A DNA stretch of 64,000 bases, from positions 32,001 to 96,000 of IMG/VR virus record IMGVR_UViG_3300029258_005166; one strand, written 5' to 3'. Shown here piece by piece: positions 57,814-64,000 of the stretch; within the stretch, counting starts at the first letter, position 1; each line of letters starts with the position of its first letter. Source of the DNA: a virus. A model generated the notes under the pieces. That model saw only the letters and a program-made list of their open reading frames with translations, did not search any database and was not told the origin of the DNA. The translations under genes were made by a program, and so were the position numbers.

Positions 57814-58336
57814 GAATGTAGGGAGGAGCATTTTCATCTTTTGCCGATAGAATATACCCTCCTGGTGGCTTTCGAATTTCGGCCTCGGGCCATTCTATTC
57901 CAAATGATTGGTAATGCCAATCCTTCTCTACGCCGGGTTGATAAGTTTGGTCTTTTAGATAAACCATCACCGTGGGCTCCTCGGCAGCAAAGAAGCCATG
58001 TCCACAACCTTTAGGAATAAAAACTTTCATGGCAAGGTGCCCAGATAACCATATGCCCTCCCATTCCAAATAAGTCGGGGAATCGGGACGTAAGTCTACG
58101 ATAACATCAAATAGACTGCCTGTCACACATGAGACAAATTTGTTGTAGGGAGCCCAATGAATGCCCCTGATTACTCCTCGGGTTGATGTGGAACATACTA
58201 TGTGATTCCATTTTGCTTGGATTTTCGAATCCACCCAATCTTCACTATAGATCTCTTGTAGAAACCCTCGATAATCTTCATATTTCTGTGTCTTAACCGT
58301 ATAACAATCTCGTATTTTTGTTGGTGTAATCTTCAT
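57788..58336 (-). CDS. rfbC: dTDP-4-dehydrorhamnose 3,5-epimerase
   Basis: D.RG, RGIH, DVIVDLRPDSPTY, IPKGCGHGF and LSAKD motifs. Confidence 0.92.
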   Translation of the reverse strand: MKITPTKIRDCYTVKTQKYEDYRGFLQEIYSEDWVDSKIQAKWNHIVCSTSTRGVIRGIHWAPYNKFVSCVTGSLFDVIVDLRPDSPTYLEWEGIWLSGHLAMKVFIPKGCGHGFFAAEEPTVMVYLKDQTYQPGVEKDWHYQSFGIEWPEAEIRKPPGGYILSAKDENAPPYIPIEKKPNI

Positions 58337-58338
58337 TG

Positions 58339-58686
58339 TTATCTAGAATGACTTGGATTTCGCCATTCTTCTATACATCGAGGGCATGTATACCCATGTC
58401 TCTCATTAAATTCTTCACAAGCGGACGATCCCCCGTGATGGAAACAAAAGTGTGCGTAAGGCAATTCGGCCTCTTTGACAGCAATGTGTGTGCCTAAACG
58501 ATGCCACCAACCTTTTCCGACGTATTCATAGGTATTCCCCTGATGGCCTCCGCAATGTTCGTTCCTTCCACAGTGACATATAGTTCGCCATCTGTAATGG
58601 TAGTTCCCCAGTGGACATCGGATCAAAAGCCAAGGAAAGTATTTAACACATAGACGATGGAACCAAGTTGACCTTGCACTAGCCAT
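58339..58686 (-). CDS. Cys/His-rich hypothetical protein
   Basis: 115 aa ORF. Confidence 0.5.
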   Translation of the reverse strand: MASARSTWFHRLCVKYFPWLLIRCPLGNYHYRWRTICHCGRNEHCGGHQGNTYEYVGKGWWHRLGTHIAVKEAELPYAHFCFHHGGSSACEEFNERHGYTCPRCIEEWRNPSHSR

Positions 58687-58699
58687 GTCTTAACAGAGT

Positions 58700-58731
58700 A
58701 AGCCCGCTGGCTTTGCCAGCGGGCTTTTTTT
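58700..58731. terminator. Perfect 12-bp hairpin with triloop
   Basis: AAGCCCGCTGGC-TTT-GCCAGCGGGCTT. Confidence 0.75.
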
Positions 58732-59113
58732 AGTTTTTGCCTCTATCTACTACGTTCATTTGAACACGATCCGCTTGCCAAAACTTCCTGCCAAATTCAA
58801 CAATGACATCAGGATCAAATGGCTTACAAGAAAATAGATTAAACAAGACTAATCCAGTTGCCAAAGCATGGATAACAATGTTGCTTGTTTTAATCCATTG
58901 AAATACACTTATTCCTTTAAGATGAGGTTCTGTGGCCTCCATATCCACCCAAAAGATTGGCTCGCCATGAGCCTCCATATCTGAAAGTTTGATGACTTCA
59001 TCGAGAAAAACCCTCAGATTTTCCGTGGTTGCCTTGGCAACGTCACAACCATGAAAGTCAATTACGGCCTCTAATCCGTAATTCCCAGTCGAAAAATGTT
59101 TGTTGTATGTCAT
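58730..59113 (-). CDS. speD: S-adenosylmethionine decarboxylase-like proenzyme
   Basis: YG....D..GC, GIS..Q.I.TSNI.IH and LFSCKPFD motifs. Confidence 0.78.
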   Translation of the reverse strand: MTYNKHFSTGNYGLEAVIDFHGCDVAKATTENLRVFLDEVIKLSDMEAHGEPIFWVDMEATEPHLKGISVFQWIKTSNIVIHALATGLVLFNLFSCKPFDPDVIVEFGRKFWQADRVQMNVVDRGKN

Positions 59114-59154
59114 TCATGGGACCTCCAATAGATTAACTATTTAGAAGAGTAATT

Positions 59155-59424
59155 TCAAATTTTAGTAAGATCAAAAGAGGTCCATTTGAATGGATTTTTA
59201 AGTCGGGCTAGGTCCTTTGGATCGGCTATGCCGGGACGAACCATTTTCAAAGGTTTTTGGCTGTATTCAATGTCGTAATATGTTACAAAATCGGCAGCGG
59301 TAGGCGTCACGGCCAGAGGAGGATAATTGCCCAAAGTATCCCCAATGTCGGTGTATAAACCAAGTCTTGCACCGGTTCTAGTATCGTTTTCAGTTAGCCA
59401 CAATCGAAAATTAAGGAATTTCAT
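59155..59424 (-). CDS. Putative internal virion protein
   Basis: Starts MKFLNFRLWLTE; carries an RTG...GNYPP motif. Confidence 0.65.
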   Translation of the reverse strand: MKFLNFRLWLTENDTRTGARLGLYTDIGDTLGNYPPLAVTPTAADFVTYYDIEYSQKPLKMVRPGIADPKDLARLKNPFKWTSFDLTKI

Positions 59425-59957
59425 ATCATTTTTTGGAGATCGTTCAAAGCTCCATGACCTCCACCTCCCGGAGCCGAAGGCCCAGTAATTAAATATCGTT
59501 TCTGTAAATCTGGATCAGTTGTACCTATCGCTGCATCTATATCAACAGGCTGAATGCCTACATTTCTTAAACGATCAGAAATGTCTTGCAAAACACTTGG
59601 GTTCACCGGCCACTGATTGTTTTGGGCTAGTCTTTCAAGATCGAAGATAACCTTTTGAACTATATCGTTTTTGTCTGTTCCCTGAGGAGGTATAGCAGTA
59701 TCATCGGGACCATAAATTGGTCCTGATGATACCTCGTTCCTTCTTTTTAACCATTCTGAAAAAGTAACAAACCATTCGTTTTTTTTGCGTGGGAGGCCTT
59801 TTCTTTTTGTTTTAGCGAAATGCCGAAGTTGTTTTGCCGACATACTGTTATACATTTGTTTTGCTGCACCATATAAACTTCCTGGATCGATTTCTCCACG
59901 TTTGGCTGCTAAAGCCATTGCTGCTGCCTTTTGTTGTTGTTTTGATTCTGCTGGCAT
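59421..59957 (-). CDS. DUF3008-like protein with a C-terminal extension
   Basis: MPAESKQQQKAAAMALAAKRGE...GA..QMY.SM..FAKTKRKGLP. Confidence 0.75.
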   Translation of the reverse strand: MPAESKQQQKAAAMALAAKRGEIDPGSLYGAAKQMYNSMSAKQLRHFAKTKRKGLPRKKNEWFVTFSEWLKRRNEVSSGPIYGPDDTAIPPQGTDKNDIVQKVIFDLERLAQNNQWPVNPSVLQDISDRLRNVGIQPVDIDAAIGTTDPDLQKRYLITGPSAPGGGGHGALNDLQKMI

Positions 59958-59964
59958 GATGTTC

Positions 59965-60504
59965 CTATTTTCGTTGAAAAAGAGAAATGGTTGTCTTTGT
60001 GCCGTCCTTTGAACTAAAAATTATCTGGTTGATTTTTATGGAGTTATTGTCAAAAGGATCAAGGCCATCATATTTCTTACCCCTTCCTTTCTTGACGTAA
60101 GCAATAGTTACATGAGGTTTGTAGATTGGATGACTGCTGGTATACTTTAAGCTATCTCTTAGTTTCGCATTCAATTTGTGCAAATCAGGACTACGAACAT
60201 CAATTTTAATTACATCATATTCATCATCTGAAAACAAAGATATTTTTCCCAATTTTATGTTTATGGGCTGAATACTCTTTAAGAGTTTTTTGACGGCATC
60301 CGGCTCGGAATCGTGGATTCCGTAAAGAACCGTGGCATGAATTTCATCTTCTCTTCCGAGTTCATGTAATTCATTATCTGGAATGTGAACCTTTCCCCAT
60401 TTGATGATTTTATTTGCAAGAGCATGGGGTAAATTAACTTGTGTCGAGGAAAAGTCGTAGTTTGTGTTCTTCTTTTCTTGTAAAAATTGCTGCCAAGTTT
60501 TCAT
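59965..60504 (-). CDS. 2H phosphoesterase, anti-CBASS Acb1 (T4 gp57B)-like
   Basis: Two HxT motifs, IHATVLYG and YKPHVTIAY; starts MKTWQQFLQE. Confidence 0.8.
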   Translation of the reverse strand: MKTWQQFLQEKKNTNYDFSSTQVNLPHALANKIIKWGKVHIPDNELHELGREDEIHATVLYGIHDSEPDAVKKLLKSIQPINIKLGKISLFSDDEYDVIKIDVRSPDLHKLNAKLRDSLKYTSSHPIYKPHVTIAYVKKGRGKKYDGLDPFDNNSIKINQIIFSSKDGTKTTISLFQRK

Positions 60505-60516
60505 ACATTTATATAG

Positions 60517-60553
60517 GCACCTTTTCGCCCTTTGGGCGAAAAGGTGCTTTTTT
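60517..60553. terminator. Perfect 14-bp hairpin with triloop, between divergent genes
   Basis: GCACCTTTTCGCCC-TTT-GGGCGAAAAGGTGC. Confidence 0.7.
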
Positions 60554-60566
60554 AACTAAATAAGAT

Positions 60567-60917
60567 ATGGAATTTTGCAAATGGCTAGAAAATACAGAGT
60601 CCATTCACCCGACATTGGAACGGATTACGCAAGATATGTGCAAAGGAGGAATTTGCACTCCTTGCGAACTCAATAGCGGTTTGTGCGATCAATGGGCAAA
60701 TGAGGTTTTCGAAAGATTAACCGAAATGGGTATTGATGCCGAGATATGGTCCACCGTCTGGGAAAGATCTTATGCGGACCACATGTTTGTTAAAATCGGA
60801 AGTAAGTTTTATGACGCAGAAAATATAGATGGAGTAGATGACTATATGGAGCTTCCCTTTTTTCAGCGTTCTTTTGCTAAACGTGGCGTCCGAGAACCAG
60901 TCCACCGAATTATTTGA
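60567..60917 (+). CDS. Putative internal protein with a Cys-His-Asp (papain/transglutaminase-like) pattern
   Basis: Starts MEFCKWLE; GLCDQWA, HMFV and YDA motifs. Confidence 0.6.
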   Translation: MEFCKWLENTESIHPTLERITQDMCKGGICTPCELNSGLCDQWANEVFERLTEMGIDAEIWSTVWERSYADHMFVKIGSKFYDAENIDGVDDYMELPFFQRSFAKRGVREPVHRII

Positions 60918-60923
60918 TTGCTG

Positions 60924-61121
60924 CTATTTTTCTTCCTTCTTTTTTTTCTCTTCATCCTCTTTTTCTTTCAAAAAAGAAGAGAAAGAGCGACCCCTACCTC
61001 TACCCTTGCCTCTGCCCTTACCTCGACCTCCTCGATCTAGATCATCTTCTCCGCATGGGCCTATTCCTCTTCCAGTACGAGGGCCTTCTCCTTCGGGACC
61101 AGTTTTGTCAAATCCAGGCAT
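60924..61121 (-). CDS. DUF5320-like Gly/Arg-rich protein
   Basis: MPGFDKTGPEGEGPRTGRGIGPC. Confidence 0.75.
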   Translation of the reverse strand: MPGFDKTGPEGEGPRTGRGIGPCGEDDLDRGGRGKGRGKGRGRGRSFSSFLKEKEDEEKKKKEEK

Positions 61122-61299
61122 GTTATTCTCCTTTTAGTTTATTCACAAATAGTTACCTTAAGTACATATCCCAACCTATTATATTTAATTGTATTTGTTT
61201 TTTCTTCTTGAAAAAGCCAAATTCTTGAAAAAGCCAAACACCATCACTACTGTAGAAGTAGGATGAAATGGTAGAATTTGTGGAACACGGGAGATTCAG

Positions 61300-61476
61300 A
61301 TGACATATTTAGACGAGTTCTGTGAATGGTTGAAGAACCATCCAAACCATGAACCATTGCCACAAGCAATCGGAGAAGCCCTTGGTCATGGCTGTGGAAC
61401 CGATGATCCCGATTGGCAAAGGCTTGTAGAGCTTTGGAAGAAACGACACGAAACCCAGTGCAATTGTGACAAATAG
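61300..61476 (+). CDS. Small hypothetical protein, not in the ORF track
   Basis: GGGAGA RBS; MTYLDEFCEWLKNHP...CDK*, 58 aa. Confidence 0.55.
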   Translation: MTYLDEFCEWLKNHPNHEPLPQAIGEALGHGCGTDDPDWQRLVELWKKRHETQCNCDK

Positions 61477-61512
61477 AGGAATGAAAAGAAACAATTTCTT
61501 TCCTCGCCTAAA

Positions 61513-61806
61513 TTAAGCTGTTCCCTTGATGAAATCGTGAAATCTTTTAATGGTGCCCTTCAATGTGGGTGTTACATTATAAGCTCGGTGTGTGTTAGTT
61601 ACATACCATGTTTTACCATTTATTGTTGATTTCCAAACTGCTGGTGTGAGATTTCCTTCAGAATGATGCCATACTGCTTTGGATCGCATTACTTGTTCTC
61701 GTTCTTCGGGAGTTAATTGTTTGCGGTTTTTCTTGAGTGTTTTGAAATTAGGTTCCTTTCGACCATCATGTTTTTCTTCTATTATCCATTCGTAGAAACT
61801 TCTCAT
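61513..61806 (-). CDS. Putative internal virion protein
   Basis: Starts [11 protein letters not shown]; ATATATA box 5 nt before ATG. Confidence 0.7.
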   Translation of the reverse strand: MRSFYEWIIEEKHDGRKEPNFKTLKKNRKQLTPEEREQVMRSKAVWHHSEGNLTPAVWKSTINGKTWYVTNTHRAYNVTPTLKGTIKRFHDFIKGTA

Positions 61807-61840
61807 GATTTTATATATGCTTTATTTGAGAAAGAAATTT

Positions 61841-62161
61841 TTACCTGAAGTTTTCGTTCATTTCATCGGCTTCGGCTTGACTCTTTAGTAGTTTATAAAC
61901 CACATGTCCTGAGTTCATTGCCCATGCAAGTGCTTCTTTAGTTCTTCCTGATTCCCATAATTCTGCCACTTGTGTGGCTTGACCTTCGATGACTTCTGCT
62001 AGTATGGGATCGTCGAAAGCAATTTCATTCAATGTTGAGGTGAAGAAATTATCATCGACTCCGTGTTCTAATGATACACCAAGGGAAATGACCGTTTCCC
62101 TTTTTAGCTTCGGCAATCTGATTTTGATTATCGGCTTTTTGTTTCTTCTGTTTTTTTTCAT
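61841..62161 (-). CDS. Hypothetical protein
   Basis: 106 aa ORF. Confidence 0.6.
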   Translation of the reverse strand: MKKNRRNKKPIIKIRLPKLKRETVISLGVSLEHGVDDNFFTSTLNEIAFDDPILAEVIEGQATQVAELWESGRTKEALAWAMNSGHVVYKLLKSQAEADEMNENFR

Positions 62162-62182
62162 GGTATTTCTAATGATCTAAAA

Positions 62183-62392
62183 TTAAGTTTCTATCCACTC
62201 AAACCATCTATCTATCTCCCATCCAAGCCTGGGATTGAAGTTGAAAGCGGCTCTGTTTACGAGCCGCTTTCGTATGTGATAAAAACCTTTCTTTTTGCCT
62301 AGAGTACAGTGTTTAACAACTTCTAAATCCGACTGACCATGAAAATGGTGGCCCGCCGTATTGCCGATGGCTATTTTGTTTTTCTTGTTCAT
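62183..62392 (-). CDS. Hypothetical protein
   Basis: 69 aa ORF. Confidence 0.45.
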   Translation of the reverse strand: MNKKNKIAIGNTAGHHFHGQSDLEVVKHCTLGKKKGFYHIRKRLVNRAAFNFNPRLGWEIDRWFEWIET

Positions 62393-62433
62393 TTTTATGC
62401 GAGATATACTATATTAGTTATAGTCAATAACAT

Positions 62434-63597
62434 ATGGAGCAAATAATGTATCTACAAGACATAGATGGTATTTTACCAGCCCAGAAAGTAAAAATCAAGT
62501 ATGATTGTAACGGCGGTTACGAGCGGTGCGGCAAGGAGTGGATGCTGAAGCTCGAAAACGCACAAAAGAACTTCGCCAATAACGACGGCAAGCATATTTG
62601 CCGATCCTGCCAAATCAGTAAAAAGAATCCCATGCGGGACAAAAAAGTACAGGAGAAGATCAAGGAAACCACCATGAAGAGGTATGGGGTATCTTGTGCC
62701 CTGAACACTCAGGAAAATATTGAAAAGCGAAAAAAGCTTTTTGAAAATGAAGAAAGAAAGACCGAGTGGAATCGAAAACGTCGAGAGACTTGCAGGAAGA
62801 AATATGGAGCCGACCATGCCGCCCAGTCGGATCAAGTTAAAAAGAAACAACGGCAGACCATGATGGAAAACTATGGTGTCGAGTTTCCATATCAGTCCGA
62901 AGAAATCATGGCAAAGATGAAAAAACACAATATGGAAAAGTATGGTGTTGAAAATGTTGCCCAGCTTCCAGAAGTTCAAATTAAGATGGCAAAGACGACT
63001 CTTGAAAAGTATGGAGTAGAGCGTTACAACGAATTGCCTGAAATGCGTGAATATTTGCGAGAGAATTGCCGTGAATGGCTGGCCGAGAGTTGGGCGAATC
63101 CTTGGGCCAAGGGGATTACGCGACCGGAGGAGTGGAATCAGAAGCAGAGGGAAACTGTTGCGGAGCTTGTGGCAAGAGGAGAATGGCACACGGGCGATAA
63201 AAACTCAATAAAAGGGCGGTATAGTTCCAAGAAATGCACAAAAAAAGATCCTTTGTTCAGATCTAGTTACGAACTTATAGTACATATATGGCTTGATGAA
63301 AACCGAGATGTTTTGGGCTACGAGTATGAGCCATATATGATTGCATATTACGATACTGAAGGAAAGCATAGATATTACTTTCCTGACTTTTTGGTGAAAT
63401 TCAAAAGAAGTCGGTTATTTTTGCTGGAGGTTAAAAATGACTATGCATTGAAGTTCGCGATCAATATCAGCAAGGATAAAGCGGCCAAAGAGTATGCATC
63501 TCAAAATGACTTGGATTACGAATTGTGGTCTAATCAAAAAATTAAAGAGCTTGGTATCGATCACTCTAATTTTCAGGAGCGGTACATTCTCTTCTAA
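62434..63597 (+). CDS. TnsA-like PD-(D/E)xK endonuclease with KYG repeats (putative homing endonuclease)
   Basis: T..(K/R)YG repeats; FRSSYE, YEP..I.Y, YFPDF and LEVK motifs. Confidence 0.8.
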   Translation: MEQIMYLQDIDGILPAQKVKIKYDCNGGYERCGKEWMLKLENAQKNFANNDGKHICRSCQISKKNPMRDKKVQEKIKETTMKRYGVSCALNTQENIEKRKKLFENEERKTEWNRKRRETCRKKYGADHAAQSDQVKKKQRQTMMENYGVEFPYQSEEIMAKMKKHNMEKYGVENVAQLPEVQIKMAKTTLEKYGVERYNELPEMREYLRENCREWLAESWANPWAKGITRPEEWNQKQRETVAELVARGEWHTGDKNSIKGRYSSKKCTKKDPLFRSSYELIVHIWLDENRDVLGYEYEPYMIAYYDTEGKHRYYFPDFLVKFKRSRLFLLEVKNDYALKFAINISKDKAAKEYASQNDLDYELWSNQKIKELGIDHSNFQERYILF

Positions 63598-63610
63598 TTC
63601 TAATTCAAAG

Positions 63611-63646
63611 AAAAAGCCCGCTTGCCTTTGGCAAGCGGGCTTTTTT
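63611..63646. terminator. Perfect 16-bp bidirectional hairpin with triloop
   Basis: AAAAAGCCCGCTTGCC-TTT-GGCAAGCGGGCTTTTT, between convergent genes. Confidence 0.85.
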
Positions 63647-63689
63647 ATTTGCTATAAGTCATTATCTGACTTGCACTTACGGTGTAAAA

Positions 63690-64000
63690 TCAGATCACAA
63701 AATTGGCAATGCTCAATCTTGCGTAAAACTTCGCTCCCTCCCTAAGCAACTTTTTGCCGTACCTGGTAAGTATACCCTTTCGAGGACAAAAGCTATCAGG
63801 ATCAAGGACGACCGGAGTCTGTGTCAGCGGAACGTAAGGACAATAAAAATATCCAGAGTCCATATAGCTGTCACCCTTGTAACCCATCAAGATTTGACCT
63901 GTTGGGAACAGAGGATCTTTGTAAAGTCGCCATCTGTTGTTCACAGTACCGACATATTGGATGCCGAGGCTGCTTGTGAAGGTCTCAGACGGAGCGGGTG
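63690..64000 (-). CDS. Major capsid protein (T4 gp23-like), C-terminal part
   Basis: Y.DP...MGYKG...DSGYFYCPYVPL...DPDSF.P..G..TRYG. Confidence 0.95.
   Translation of the reverse strand, partial: PAPSETFTSSLGIQYVGTVNNRWRLYKDPLFPTGQILMGYKGDSYMDSGYFYCPYVPLTQTPVVLDPDSFCPRKGILTRYGKKLLREGAKFYARLSIANFVI

Noticed and set aside
61205-61238. 17-nt tandem duplication TTCTTGAAAAAGCCAAA
   Set aside because: There are only two copies; likely slippage or an assembly effect, with no supportable function.
61309-61494. Minus-strand hydrophobic 61 aa ORF
   Set aside because: It is the shadow of a better + strand ORF (61300-61476) that has an RBS.
1-64000. CRISPR array, tRNA or rRNA genes
   Set aside because: No regularly spaced repeat-spacer array or cloverleaf was seen by eye.
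1-64000. Genome-wide stop codon reassignment
   Set aside because: Long intact ORFs end in TAA, TAG and TGA under code 11, and only one in-frame TGA was found.

Overview
This is a segment of a large T4-like (myovirus or jumbo) phage genome, probably infecting a planctomycete. It runs from the N-terminal part of the tail sheath gene (left edge) through gp15/gp14/gp13-like neck genes to the C-terminus of the major capsid protein (right edge). In between are many glycosyl-, sulfo- and methyltransferases, nucleotide genes (thyA, folA, Nudix), three Dam-type methylases, homing endonucleases and IS200/605/607 remnants. Main findings: (1) a ~4.26-kb serine-integrase element carrying a methylase and a putative restriction nuclease sits inside the uracil-DNA glycosylase gene, with reconstructable att sites, and supplies a replacement 5' end for that gene; (2) about 17 proteins start with a motif resembling the T4 capsid-targeting sequence, including two sigma-like factors, an Acb1-like 2H phosphoesterase and a SET-domain protein; (3) many late genes appear leaderless behind a [AC]TANATA box; (4) nine perfect 12-16 bp hairpins share C:G-closed triloops; (5) an intein lies directly after the catalytic-His motif of a subtilase; (6) there is a candidate structured small RNA. 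All product calls come from motif recognition by eye; no database searches were run.
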